64,000 bases of DNA from Octopus vulgaris (taxonomy: Eukaryota), in contig OX597823.1 in assembly GCA_951406725.2 (NCBI GenBank), forward strand, positions 87,482,001 through 87,546,000. The letters are read 5' to 3'. Positions 12,779-26,575 of the stretch are shown here, piece after piece. The translations under genes and the position numbers were made by a program. The notes below the pieces were generated by a model. The model searched no databases. It worked only from the letters and a program-made list of their open reading frames with translations, and was not told where the DNA came from. Positions within the stretch are counted from its first letter, which is position 1, and every line of letters starts with the position of its first letter.

Positions 12779-13180
12779 CTTTTCTACTCTAAGCACGAAG
12801 CCCGAATTTTTTAGGGAGGTGGGGTCCAGTCGAATAGATCGAATCCAGCATCCAACTAGTACTTAATTTATCGATCCCGAAAGGATGAAAAGCAAAGTGG
12901 ACCTCGGCGGAATTTGAACTCAGAACGTAGCGGCAGACAAAATACCTATTTATTTACTACCCACAAGGGGCTAAACACAGAGAGGACAAACAAGGACAGA
13001 CAAACGGATTACGTCGATTATATCGACCCCAGCGCGTAACTGGTACTTATTTTATCGACCCCGAAAGGATGAAAGGCTAAGTCGACCTCGACGGAATTTG
13101 AACTCTGAACGTAACGGCAGACGAAATATGACTACGCATTTCACCCGGCGTACTAACGTTTCTGCCAGCGCGCCGCCTTT
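12779..13180 (-). mobile_element. SINE family A dimer
   Basis: Two cores (about 12870 and 13055) joined through the CTACCCACAAGGGGCTAAACACAG tail. Confidence 0.85.
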
Positions 13181-13319
13181 AAGATGATTACATGTATCAA
13201 ACTAGTTCTATCGTATGTACTTCGTAGACATCGAAAATATGAGAGATAATTCCATTCTCTTGGAGAACAGATTTCTTGGTATATGCATATACAAATGCAA
13301 AATTTGAAATACATATATT

Positions 13320-13808
13320 GTTTTATTCTTTTAATTGTTTCAGTTATTTGACTGCGGCCATGCTGGAGCACCGCATTTCGTCGAACAAATCGACCACAGC
13401 ATTTATTTTTTGTAAGTCTAGTACTAATTCTTCTTTGCCGAACCGCTAAGTTACGGGGAAGTAAACACACCAGCATCGGTCGCCAGGTGAAGGTAACGGT
13501 ACAAATACAGACACACGAATACATACATACATATGTAAATAAATATATATATATATATGTATGTATGTATGTTTGTATGTATGTATGTATGTATGTATGT
13601 ATATATGTATGCATGTATGTATGTATGTATGTATGTATGCATGTATATCCGACGATCGTCTTTCAGTCTACCCATTCCACTCACAAGGCTTTGGTCGGCA
13701 CAAAGTTATAGCAGAAGACAATTACCTAAGGTGCCACACAGTGGGACGGAACCCGGAACCATATGGTTGGGAAGTAAGCCTCTTACCATACAGCTACTCC
13801 TGCGCCTA
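13320..13808 (-). mobile_element. tRNA-derived SINE, family B (CORE-like), with internal (TATG)n
   Basis: Reverse complement of the copy at 41628-42062. Confidence 0.85.
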
Positions 13809-13986
13809 TATAGCTTAAGGGAGCTTTGTCTCCTTTGTCAGCGTACTGAGATAGTGTTATTGTGGCTAATGAGTGGCTTTGACTCTTATTTCTAGCACTG
13901 CTGGGACCACTTTTTACCGCCTGTCACTTTAGTGACGTCTATAAATTTGCCTTTAGGCTGTTAAATTGCTAAGAAGCCACCCATAT

Positions 13987-14017
<31 letters not shown>

Positions 14018-14523
14018 TATAAGGGCTGACAGATCAAATATGCTTGAGGCATATTCGAGCAAGTAAGAAAGTCGTTCCCTGTTTGTCTACGGCGAGATAT
14101 TTTCACCACAGCACAATAAAGTGAATGTCTTTGTTACAGGTTCGAATCTACTTCAAGTACATTTAAAATGGTAAACTGGTAAGACGCACATACGTACGTA
14201 CGCACACACAATCACACACACGTAAAAATAGTTTGTATTTATGCAGCCGTACGTAGCTGTGTACCTATACGTGTATATATATATATAGAATTAGGGAGTA
14301 TTATGTACATATTGTGTAACCACAATATAAACCTTCACATGTAATAAAAAGAAAACCGTGTTTTATGTGTTTCCAACATTTGAGCTCCCTCGTTACATTG
14401 TTTCTATCAGAAGGGCAGTGAACCGGTGAGTGGTGCATTGCAAAACTACAACCAACATTCACAAAACGCTTGACATAAAATGCATATAAAAAGTGAGTTA
14501 AAATTCTTTACCATACATACATG

Positions 14524-14585
<62 letters not shown>

Positions 14586-14655
14586 ATTATGCATCATGTA
14601 TAAAGACATATATATATATATACATGCATATATATCTACATATATACTATATATT

Positions 14656-14696
<41 letters not shown>

Positions 14697-14793
14697 TCCA
14701 TATACATACATGTATATATATACACATATTTACTTTATATATACATAAATACATGTATATTATGTATGTATGTATATATATATATATAGACAT

Positions 14794-14876
<83 letters not shown>

Positions 14877-15792
14877 TATGAAATTTTGTAACAAAAATGT
14901 TTGTTGTTATTGTTTCTTTCCAAAATTACAAAACTTTCAATACACAACGACTTTGTCTTAGTTGCAGCCATACGTTTTATTTTTTATTTATCTTATATTA
15001 TCTTTTCAATTTTTTTTATATATATATTTTTTTTATATTTCAATTTTTATTTATATATTGCTTGCCAAAAATATAGTTCCTGTCTACCACAAATATGGTT
15101 GATTATTCAAATTATATTATGTTTTATAGCTGAAAGACTAAATGAGAAAAATGTATATAACACTGAAAGATACATAAAGAAGACTGTAAAAAATGAAATA
15201 AAACCTAAGTAGAAAAAATGTGGAAGCAAAGAAAAGAAAGTAAAACTTATCTAATCTCTTTTGTAAACAAAATATTTTAAGTAATGTTCCGTATAAGCTA
15301 AAGCATTACAATTTCTGTCAAGTCTCTCTTCTCTTAGAACATAAATGTATCATAAAAAATTTATGCAATCGAAAAAACTAAAAGAAAAGACAAGATGGCT
15401 TAGAATATAATTCGAAGGTATTCTTTATATATTTCTTCTCCCGAGCTATGAAATGTTTGAGTGGAATGTGGTGATATAAGATCAGTGTTCGGTCCTCGAC
15501 TTAATATCCATTACTTCTACTGAGCCAATCGTTCTGACAAATTAGAATGATAGCCATTAACATGCGGTCTGACTTTCCAGAAAAGAAGGGAAAATACAGG
15601 CTAATGTCCTCCTAATGTAACTGTTTCTGTCATAAAAATAATCGAGTAATTCAGTAATATAGTTTTAGAAAGAGAATAAGGACAAGATCGTCACTTTACG
15701 AAAGCCATTGGCTATAAACATGCTCTATAAATACTGTCAAGGTGATAACAAAAGCTGTAGGTGTACAGTATCTTGGTTGTATGCATATTTAT

Positions 15793-16090
15793 TGCTTACT
15801 TTACTTAACCTCATCACTTAATATGGAACTATAGGCCGTTGACAACTTACCGCCACTATCTCAATGCTCATCTGTCCTCTCTCAGGTCTTGTTAGAGTTG
15901 TAATCAGTGCCACTATAATTCTGTTTTATTTTTCCAGGTAGGGTATTGTCCCTACAAAAACCTCATTGTACCTATGGGTAGAAATGTTCCATATTAATCA
16001 AGCCTCTATATTTTGACCTGTCCAACATGAAAAACCCTATGAAAAGTGGGCGTCCGCTGTCAAAGCTCTTAGGCGCACCACGACAAGGAG
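15793..16090 (-). mobile_element. degenerate RTE-like retroelement remnant
   Basis: (TAAG)n-like tail next to GGCCTATAGTTCC, plus a TTGACCTGTCC...CCCTA segment reminiscent of RTE UTRs; recognised by eye only. Confidence 0.3.
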
Positions 16091-16823
16091 TGGATTTTGT
16101 GGTGGATGCATATTGATAGTAATATTCTAATATGCATAACCGCCATGAAGCCTATCCTAACTCAACCACAGCCATTGTAAAGTGCCGTTTCATATGATGA
16201 ATTGTGCATTTCTAAATTTACATTCGCGATCTAGTACATTTATGTCTCGCTAATTTCAAAGAGTTACCTATATCCAACATTCCAAGACTGAAGTATCTAG
16301 GCGGTACAAGATGGGTTAGTTTGTGCATTGTACAGTTTCTAGTCATTCTGGTTATTATAAGGCATTCATAATATCTCAATCGATGTGGTTACTTTAATTT
16401 AACAGTTCTACCGTGGCCTAAACTCAACCTTTTCCCTCACGTCGCCTACTTTCATACTATATGATAGCGGACGAAGAGTGGGTTAATGGGTCATGCAACT
16501 CCAACCAGGTTTTCACAACAGCAAGGCTTCTCTGAAGAGTTGTGGTGACATCACAGTATAGAGACCGACTGACAGCTAAATTTTCAAAGATCTTTCAGGT
16601 TCTGTCATTTTCTGCGTTCTGAATGTAATTGAACTCAGTGGCAAGACAAAATATTTCTTTATCTTCATTAGTTAATTTGTATAATCACTGAACAATATAC
16701 GGATAATTTTAATCCAGCGCAAAAGAGGGTCAGAGATAAAATGTTTTTAATCACTTCAGCTTGCTCCTTCATTGACAGTTCACCATTACAATACATCAGT
16801 GCTCCGCAAATTTTTTTCACTTG

Positions 16824-17225
16824 AAATAGGTATTTTGTCTGCCGCTTCGTTCTGAGTTCAAATTCAACAAAGGTCGACTTTGCCTTGCATCCCTTCGGGG
16901 TCGATAAATTAAGTACCAGTTGCGTAATAGGGTCGATGTAATCTAGTAGACTCCTCCCTCGAAAGTTCAGGCTTTGTGCCTATAGTAGAAAGGATTATTT
17001 GTTTTAAAGGCTGCAAGATGGCAGAATCGTTAGCATGCCGGGCGAAATGCTTAGCAGTATTTCGTCTGCTGCCACATTCTGGGTTCAAAATCCGCCGAGG
17101 TCGACTTTGACTTTCATACATTCGGGTTCGATTAATTAAGTAATAGTCAAGTACTGGGGTCGATGTAATCGACTATTCTCCTCCCCGCAAATTCGAGGCC
17201 TTGTGCCGATAGGGGAAATGATTAT
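16824..17225 (+). mobile_element. two adjacent SINE family A copies (16824-16998 5'-truncated; 17007-17225)
   Basis: Two GTCGACTTTG...TTCGGG..CGAT cores with B boxes GTTCAAA. Confidence 0.8.
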
Positions 17226-18239
17226 AATCAGGTTACACTACAGCACACCTTGCATCGTAGCACACCACTGTACCAAGGCATACTGGTTGCTTAGCACAGC
17301 AATAACTCACAAAGTCCAGTTTAAACAAAACGGTATAAACATAATTTCAAAGTTAAGAAAGATTCTGTTATCCACGTGATATGCTATATACAAGTCTGAT
17401 ATATGCATGATACGGAAAGGTAAATATAAGAGCAGTTTCAAACGCGTGGTGTGTCCTGGTGGTCAGTTATTTTAAGGAAGGTAATTATTTCTATATAATA
17501 TTTGACAGCATAAGAAGTCTGAAATTTAAAATCGAGGAACAAGGAAGAGAATGCATAGGGTATTTATATTTCTAATTCACTTTTTGTTCTTATTAATTAC
17601 ATACTACTTAAAATTTGTAATCTTCGATATTATGTAGATCACCATTTTATTCTTATTAGAAATTTTCAGTATAATATAATCCGGGATGAGTTAGATTAAA
17701 CACAAGGAAACATTTTACGAAGCGAGACATTAATTGAAGATGGAAATTAATTACCATTCAGAAGACATATAGAGATTGTCTGCATCTTTCTTCTTTTCCT
17801 TCTTGTTCTCCATTGATCGGTAGTAACTCTGGAATAAAGAGAGGGAATAAAGAGAATGAGTGAGTGAAAGAGAGAGAAAGAGAGAGAGAGAAGGAGGAGG
17901 AGGAGAAGACAGAAAGAGAAAGTTCCTTGAAAAACATAAGTTTAAATTGCTGATAAATATTGATTATTTTAAGCATGGAAGACTATGAATATATTTTGGA
18001 GCAAGTGGGAACACAACCATTTAAAGCAGGTATATTTAATTTAGGGGTAATCCAGTATTTATAGATTGCTCTTTATATTAGGTTTGAATTTCTTAGACAA
18101 GTACCTGACTTGGAATATTGGTAAGGAATGTTTCGCATCTTCTATTATCGTTCTTTAAGTCCCCCTAAGATGCTTGAGATTGCTCTTTCCAGGAACCACG
18201 ACTTTTAAACATCGATCTCATCTTAGTTGAGTTGCATAT

Positions 18240-18435
18240 TCTTTTATTATTTACTTGTTTCAGCTATTTGACTGCTGCCATGCTGGGGCACCGCCTTAAC
18301 AAATTTGGTCGAACAAATCAACCCCAGTATTTATTTTTAAGTTTGGTACTTATTTTACTAGATACTTTTGTGAACCCCTGGATTACGGTAATGTAAACTA
18401 ACCAACCACAGTTGTTAGCAGTGCGGGGACAATCA
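18240..18435 (-). mobile_element. SINE family B, 3' part
   Basis: TTTGACTGCTGCCATGCTGGGGCACCGCC matches the family B tail. Confidence 0.7.
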
Positions 18436-18479
18436 TTAAGATACATACATATTACATACATATATGTATATATAATGTA

Positions 18480-18525
<46 letters not shown>

Positions 18526-18529
<4 letters not shown>

Positions 18530-19238
18530 CATGCTAGAAAGTAAACAGACGCGTTTAATTTTCAAAATTTCTGATCTAAGCGTCTTAATATGTTATCAGT
18601 GGATTAGAATTTACAACGTAATTATTCTTTTTCATTACAGGTGCCATTATATTAAATATTCGCGAAGAGTAACCATACCACGCACAAAAAATTCAGCAGA
18701 AGTGGCACCAGCAATGGTCGTTCTGAGCTGATCGAATGTGTTGAAGCCATAAACTCTGAAAAATACATCTAAATACATAAGAAAGGACTAATTCCAATGT
18801 ATCCACACGATAACATAACGAAAAATGAGTTCTTATTCATGGAAGATGGGGCTCCAAACCACACAGTGAAAAGGAATCAACAATGGTTGACTAAAAATTG
18901 ATCAATAAGTTTCCTTGGCCGAGCCAATCTCTTGACATGAGCCCAATTGCAAATCTTTGGATCATACTAGATAAAGCTATGCGAAAATCTCGACAGAAAC
19001 CTAAATATAAAGACGACTTGTTTCGCTTATTGCGTGAAAAGTGGGCAGAAATTCCACAAGAGACAATCACAAAGATCATCAGTTCATGCCAAAAAGGGTT
19101 TCTGAATTAAAAACTGCAAAGGAAATGTCAGCTAAATACTGAAGTATGAAGTCCTACCTATCGATTCCATTTCAATTGTTCGCTTTGCATATTAAATAAC
19201 AGATTTTGAAAATTAAAGGTGTCTATTTACTTCCAGAA

Positions 19239-19244
<6 letters not shown>
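18526..19244 (+). mobile_element. internally deleted Tc1-like DNA transposon
   Basis: Imperfect TIRs of about 45 bp (AAGTAAACAGAC..TTTAATTTTCAAAAT / ATTTTGAAAATTAAA..GTCTATTTACTT) inside (TA)n; transposase relic FMEDGAPNH...WPSQSLDMSPIANLW...LREKWAEIP with stops and frameshifts. Confidence 0.85.
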
Positions 19245-19277
<33 letters not shown>

Positions 19278-19280
<3 letters not shown>

Positions 19281-19433
19281 ATCGTCTTCCACACAGTCTT
19301 TGTCTACCAAATTCATTCACGAGCCTGAAGCTATAGAATGAGACACTTGTCCAAGATGCTGCGGAGTGGGACTAAACTGGAAACCATGTAGTTACAATAC
19401 AAATTTCTCAACTAGACAGCCACGCTTACGCCT
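19278..19433 (-). mobile_element. SINE family B, 5' part
   Basis: GACACTTGTCCAAGATGC...GTGGGACT...CAGCCACGC; splits the same way as 18240-18435. Confidence 0.65.
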
Positions 19434-20372
19434 AGTTCTAGAATATTGATTCAAATCAACTTTTAATGAAAAATCATTATCTCAAGAAAAAAGGGGCACA
19501 TTAGATCAGTTTGCCAGAAGAAGGACAAGGTAACCTCGATCTCAGTGTTTCTGAATATCGTTTCGTTCGGTTGATGTTGAGCTGAGACTAAACAATAACA
19601 ATTCCCCAATCGCTGAAACCTCACTAACAGTACAATCAATGTGAATAGGATTCGAACGCAAAGCAGAGGGAAGAAAGCTAATGGGATAAAACATCAATGC
19701 ACGACTCTTTCTCTATAGACTTGATGGCCTCAAGCAATATTTAGCAATCGTCAGTGATTGTATTATGAGGAACAAAACACTGACTGTTTTAATGTATTTA
19801 GTCCAATCCAAAGCCCTACCGTATTATAGTTCAACAGATAACGCCATAGGAAACTTGGCAACATAATAACAAAACGAACACGAAATTGAATAACGGTTTA
19901 TTCTATAATCATTTATATACAGCTGGGAAGTGAAAATTTATCGACGTTTTCTCTGATGGAAGTTGACCTCTTTGTAATAGAACGTCAGCACACTTGTAAA
20001 GACTTTCAGCTTGTTGTTTTTCACCAACCGAAATTCTATCATCATGTCTATCATCGTAAATTTATTCCTAGAGTGACGATTGAATAGTGTCGTCTGAGAT
20101 AAGTAGTCTGGTCTTAGCAGTCTCTTCTTAGCAGACTCCCTGTTAGCTTAACCTTTTCAGTGCTTTAGGGCAAAAATAATAAGGAGACGAGATAATCAAT
20201 AGAAACTGATGGCTTGTGGGAAATCTACAAAATATATTTATCGAATGAACAAACAGTGAAAAGTGTAACAGTTCAATAGTCAATAGCTTATACAATATTT
20301 GAATTATATTTCTCTTCTGATTGACTTTTTTGTGCATCGTATTTATTATAAAACTAATAACAATTATTATAT

Positions 20373-20375
20373 TTA

Positions 20376-20431
<56 letters not shown>

Positions 20432-20444
20432 GTTGTTGTTGTTG

Positions 20445-20517
<73 letters not shown>

Positions 20518-20518
20518 G

Positions 20519-20553
<35 letters not shown>
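20373..20553. repeat. (ATT)n microsatellite abutting the LINE 3' end
   Basis: Direct inspection. Confidence 0.95.
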
Positions 20554-20557
<4 letters not shown>

Positions 20558-22981
20558 TAGTATATTTTTTATATCGTGCTTTCACTTCACTACCGAGCAC
20601 AGCTCTGTGTGCCTCGGGTATGTGCTGTGATTTGTTGTGATGCTCTGATGGTTATTGTATGGAAAGTGTTCTACGTAGGATGTGTGCAGTGCCAAGTAGT
20701 GCAATTTCCTGTATGTTATATGTTTGTAAGTACTGGTGTTTTTGTTATGTATTTTTCTGAATATTTTTTTATCATCCCTAATGCACCTATTATAATAGGA
20801 ATTCTTTCTGTTTTTAGATTCCACATTCTGGTTACCTCTATTTCCAGGTCTTTGTATTTTGAAAGTTTCTCCATTTCTTTTAGAGACACGTTGACATCCG
20901 CTGGTATTGATACATCAATTAGAAAACATTTTTCTTCTTCGTGATCTCTGACAACTATATCTGGTCTGTTGGCCTTAATTTCTCTATCTGTGTGTATTGG
21001 CATATCCCAGAGTATGGCTGCTTTCTCGTTTTCTGTGACCTTTTCTGGTGTGTGCCTATACCATCTTTTTCCTGTTGTTATTCCATAATGTTGGCATAGT
21101 TTCCAATGTATATAGGTCCCAACTCTGTCGTGTCTGTGAATATATCCTTTCTTAGCCAGGACTGGGCAGCCAGAGATAATATGATTTATTGTTTCTTGTC
21201 CATCTCCACATATTCTGCAGTTACTTGTTATATTTCTTTTCATTACATGTTTTTGGTAATTTCTGGTGGGGAGGCTTTTGGTCTTGTGCTGCAATTAAAA
21301 ATCCTTCTGTCTCTGCTTTGAGTCCTGAGCTTCTCAACCATTGTTGGGATTTTTCTTTGTCTATTTCTTTTGCAATAGTTTAGTCCAGTATTTGCCATGA
21401 AGGTGCTGTTCTTGCCATCGTCTTTTCATGGTTCGTTGCTGTTCTATTTTTAGTTTGGATTTCATTTGTTTTATAGCTTTTGTTGTTCTTCTTCTTCTTC
21501 TTCTTCTTCTTCTTCTTCTTCTTCTTCTTCTTCTTCTTCTTCTTCTTCTTCTTCTTCTTCTTCTTCTTCTTCATATTTGTTAGGTGGTATGATTTCTTGT
21601 TTGTATTTGTCAGCTTCCTTAAATACTGAGAACAGTTTGTTGTTTTGCTCGTGTTTTGCAGCTATTTGTATCAGTTTTCCTTCCTTCTGAAGTAGATATT
21701 TTTGCAGTCCTATGGTGGTTATTTTATAGTAGTTTTCCAGCTGTATAAGGCCTCTACCACCTTCAATACGTTGTAATATATAGCCTTTCTATGTCAGATT
21801 TTTGGTGATGCATCCTACATCCTGTCATTATTTTTCTTGTTTTCCTATCTATTTTGGTCAGTTCATTTATTGTCCAGTTAAGGATATTGTAGCTGTAACT
21901 TATAACTGAGACGGCTAAAGTGTTGATACCTATAATCTTGTTTTTTAGTATTGAGCTCTGTTTTCAGTATTGATCTAACTCGTCTATAATATTCTTTTTT
22001 TATTTTCTCTTTCATTTGTGTGTGTTGTGTCTTATCTAGTTCATGGATTCCTAAGTATTTGTAAGTTTGGCTTTGGTCTAATTCTTTTATTTCATTGGTT
22101 TTATCTAGTATGATGTTGCTACTCTTAACTAGTTTTCCTCTTTTCAGGGTTACTTTGGCGCATTTCTCTAATCCAAATTTCATATCTGTTTCTTTGGTAA
22201 ATCCATGAACTGTCTTTAGTAGTGTTTCCAGCTGTTTGTCATTTGTAGCGTATAGTTTTAGGTCATCCATATATAAAAGGTGGCTGATCGTTTTGCCGTA
22301 ACATTTATATCCGCATCCAGTTCTGTTTAGCATATCCGATCGAGGTGACAATGCCAAGCAGAAAAGGAGTGGAGAGAGCGTATCTCCCTGGAATATTCCT
22401 TTTCTAATGGGGATGGCTTTGGTTTTCACAAGTCCCTCTTTTGTTTGGAGCTGTAGCACTGTTTGCCATTTATTCATAGTGTCCTATATATTTTATAATT
22501 GTTGGTGCAACTTTGTTCATGGCTAGTGTTTCGAGGATCCATGTGTGGGGGATGCTATCAAACGCCTTTTTGTAGTCGATCCAGGCCATACTAAGGCCTT
22601 TCTTCTTTCTGTGGCTGTCTTCAGTTATGGCTTTATTGATCATTAGTTGATCTTTACAGCCATATGAGCCTTTGCGGCATCCTTTCTGCTCTTCTGGAAA
22701 CAGGTTATTTTCGTCCAGGTGCTTGTTCAATCTTTGCGATATTACTGCAGTAAATGCTTTGTACATTGTAGGGAGACAGGTTATAGGTCTGTAGATTTCT
22801 GGTTTTGCTGGCTCATTTGATTTGAAAATTAAGATGGTTTTCCCCTTCGTGAGCCATTCAGGCATTGTCTCTGGCTCTGTTAGTATGTTGTTAACATTTT
22901 CAGCCAGCTTTTTGTGCATTCCTGTTAGATATTTCAACCAGAAGTTGGGGATCTTGTCATGCCCAGGTGCCTTCCAGTTGC

Positions 22982-22983
<2 letters not shown>
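20554..22983 (-). mobile_element. R4/Dong-type non-LTR retrotransposon (RT + CCHC + restriction-like endonuclease), 5'-truncated and frameshifted
   Basis: RT motifs KAPGHDKI, YRPITCL, WIDYKKAFDSIPH, GIFQGDTLSPLLF, YMDD; CRICGDGQETINHIISGC; RHD; RPDIVV..IDVSIP..KLSKYKDL; C-terminus GTAHILRRTLSIQ* (stop 20652-20654); (TAA)n at both ends. Confidence 0.92.
21486..21572. repeat. (TTC)n/(GAA)n tract inside the LINE ORF
   Basis: About 29 uninterrupted units. Confidence 0.95.
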
Positions 22984-23016
<33 letters not shown>

Positions 23017-23069
23017 GACATCATCATGATCATCATCACCATTGTCATCTTCATCTCCCCGCACCATAA

Positions 23070-23482
23070 TTACCTATTTCTTTACTACCCAGAAGGGGTT
23101 TAACACAAAGAGCAAAAACAAGGATAGACAAACGGATTAAGTCGATTATATCGACCCCAGTGCGTAACTGGTACTTATTTAATCGAGCCCGAAAGGATGA
23201 AAGGCAAAGTCGACCTCGGCGGAATTTGACGTAGCGGCAGGCGAAATACCTATTTCTTTACTACCCACAAGGGGCTAAACACAGAGGGGACAAACAAGGC
23301 CAGTCAAACGGATTAAGTCGATTACATCGACCCCCAGTACGTAACTGGTACTTAATTTATTGGCTCTGAAAGGATGAAAGGCAAAGTCGACCTCGGCGGA
23401 ATTCGAACACAGAACGTAGCCGCAGACGAAATACCGCTAAGTATTTCGCCCGGCGTGCTAACGTTTCTGCCAGCTCGCCGCC
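23070..23482 (-). mobile_element. SINE family A dimer
   Basis: Two GAAAGGATGAAAGGCAAAGTCGACCTCGGCGGAATT cores and two CTTTACTACCC tails. Confidence 0.85.
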
Positions 23483-24669
23483 ACATCACCATTTACCACC
23501 GTCGTCATCATAATCATGATCACCACCACTACCACCACCACCGCTATCACCATCGTCATCATGAAAATCATCGTCATCATCAACATTATCATCATCATCA
23601 TCATTTAGTATTATCATTATTGTGATTGTTATTTCTTTTTCTTCTCATTAGTACTATTATTATTAGCATGCAAATTTTCTTTTTATAGTTTGTATGCTCA
23701 AAATAAACCATAACCTAGAAGTTTGCATTCTCAGTAGTTCTTAATCAAAATACGAAATAACATTCGTAAATAATATGATAAAAAGCTAAGAAAAAATGAT
23801 TAAAATATATATAAAAGAACCTAACAAAATATGTGAAATTTTCCAAAGTTTGCATGAAAAATGTGTAGCCAGAATTTTCTTTCTAATTTGTCTGTTGAAA
23901 TCAAATATTATTTCAACTCTGGTTTATAGCTGGTTTGGTTTGGTTTCATCCACTTCTTTTTTTTTATTTCCTCCAAGGAATTCAATACTTATTTGACAAG
24001 AGGAAATTAAAGTTAAAGGTTAAATGACTTATGAGAGATTTCTCAGAGTATGGACGCGTGCAAACAGAGATAGAGGAGGAGAGGTAGGAAGGGGGTTGAG
24101 AGATGGCATGATGGAGGGAAAGGGAGAGAAAGGAGAAAGAAAGACACACACACACACGTGTGTACGACACAGATTCACATATAATATTAATTTAACTTTA
24201 AAAAATTATTATTATTATTATCATCATCGCCACCATTATCATCGTCACAATCATCATATAATCATCATCTTTATCATCATCATCATTATTATCAACATTT
24301 TCGTCGTTGTCGTCGTCCTCATCATTTTCGTTGTTACCGTTGTTGTTCTTTGTTGCTATTGCTATTTATGACAGAATCGCTTGATCATCCGACAAAATAT
24401 CTTCTGGCATTTATTTCCATCTTATATCTCCTGACTTTGAATGCCACCTTTGTAGACATTCACTTCTATCATTTATTGCAAGGTAAAACATTACACACAA
24501 TTAGTTTGTTATACAACGTCGTCCAAAAGTTTGTAATTACTATACTATTTAATATCGTTATTGGGTACTTGTGACTAAAGATAGGACTTAAAGTTCAGTA
24601 GTATTTGGTCAGGTCTCCCTCAGCCGAAAGTTAAATCATTGAGCCCTAGAGCGACTTAGGGTAAAATAC

Positions 24670-24915
24670 GTATCTTAGCAGTTAGTTCGTTGCACTGACG
24701 ATCGTAAAACTGCGGTTTCAAATCTTGGACCGTGTGTTGCGCTGTGTTCTTGAAAAAAAAATTTCATTTCATGTTGCTACAGTCGACTCAGTTGTAAATG
24801 CGTAACCGTGCCATAGTCCTAAGTGGCGTTTCACTCACAGGAAAGGCTGAAATCTCGGTTATCTATACGCCAAGGAGAACGGGTTAATCATACCTATGAG
24901 ACCCGGGACTAGAGA
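24670..24915 (+). mobile_element. SINE family C (diverged)
   Basis: GGTTTCAAATCTTGGACCG...GTGTTCTTGA...CATTTCATGTTGCT resembles 473-725. Confidence 0.55.
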
Positions 24916-26186
24916 CAATAATGTCTAAGAATTGATGATGAAAATGCTACTGTTGCTATTGCTGCTGCTGTTGCTGTTGTTGTGGTTCTTGCTGTTAAGC
25001 AACAAGACGGGTAAGGGTGATGGTCTAGGGCTTAGGGGCTGGAGACCCCAGACCTTGGAAAAAACATTGGTCGTCTTGTTGTAGTCTAGGGCTCTTTGTT
25101 GATGCCCGACACCACTTGGAAGTTGGCCCACGAAGTCGCTGGAAATAGAGATCTCTATGTCCAAATTCTTGAACGGCTGCTGCTGCTGCTGCCGCTACTA
25201 ATGATTAATGGGCGGACTTGGGACATCAGGTGCCTAACCATGAACGATAAAGTGGGTAACAATCACTTAGATCGACTAAACCCTACCTCAAAAGTGTTCT
25301 TTAACTTTATAGCTATGGAAGCTTTCATCAAAAGAAAATCGTTAAAATTGTGAAAATTGCGATAATGCATTTTAGGATTGAAAGTATAATTTTAAAATAT
25401 TTGTAAAAGCAACGCAAAAGCTTTCGTCTAATTTAGCATTCTCAAAGAAAATAACTCACCAAGAATCTTCCACGATGAGCATTCCGTAGTGAATATAAAC
25501 ATAACGAGATGAATATTGTATGAATACTAGAAAATAAGCATTAAATAAGATGTAATGTGTAAATATTTGATATACATAACGTTCCATATTGGGCTTCATT
25601 ATAAATGCAGCAGAGATAATTGCAAAAAAGACGAAATTTGATGTTGGAAAATATTAATTACTACGTATTTAGTCAACGTCGTCTATGAACGGGCAGATAA
25701 CTAAAACTTGAGTAGATGATCACAACAGTGGCTTTAAAAGTACATGTGACTTCACGATTTCTGTGTGAACATAACAGAATAACAAAATTACATGCAAGAA
25801 AACACTGGAACACAAACCAGCGTATGAGTATGATTGTATGTGTCTGGATGTGAGTATATATATATATATACACACACATTTATATGTATATACGCACACA
25901 CGCACACACATGCACATACACGCACACACATGCACATACACGCACACACATGCACATACACGCACACATTTATATGCTGATGGGCTGCCAAATGCCTGGA
26001 ACTCTTCCAGTTATAATAATTTGTACAAATCTATTTGTAGTAAATTTCGCAATAAAAATTAAAACAATATTTATTCTAATGTTTTATGTTTTTATCTTTT
26101 TCTTTATAATGTTCCTTATCAATACTGAAAATTCTATTAAAAAAGCAAGCATGCAGTTATTACGAACGCACTCGCGCACCGACGTG

Positions 26187-26251
<65 letters not shown>

Positions 26252-26315
26252 GTTGACTGGAATATGAGAAGTGTATTTCAGGTTATATATGTAAAAAATA
26301 TTAAGTATGTATGTA

Positions 26316-26575
26316 CGAGGCTGAGTCAAAAAGTAATGCCATTTTTATTAGGGCAGGTATATTTACCAACATAGGAACATATATCATACATCAAAATGTA
26401 GGTGGTATTCTGTGGATCACATCCTTACTCCTCAACATAGTCACCGTTTCTCTCAATAGCGATGTTCCACCTTCGAATGAGAGCATGTATCCCTGTCCCG
26501 TAAAATTCTGTTGACTGTTCTTTGAGCCACTTCTTCACTACAGTTTTCACTTCCTCGTCACTGGAATAATTTAGC
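26316..26575 (-). mobile_element. mariner transposon 3' end
   Basis: TA|CGAGGCTGAGTCAAAAAGTAATGCC terminus; minus-strand YSSDEEVKTVVKKWLKEQSTEFYGTGIHALIRRWNIAIERNGDYVEE* is a mariner transposase C-terminus. Confidence 0.85.

Noticed and set aside
21380-21690. Poly-Lys and poly-Ser ORFs
   Set aside because: Alternative frames of the GAA/TTC tract inside the LINE
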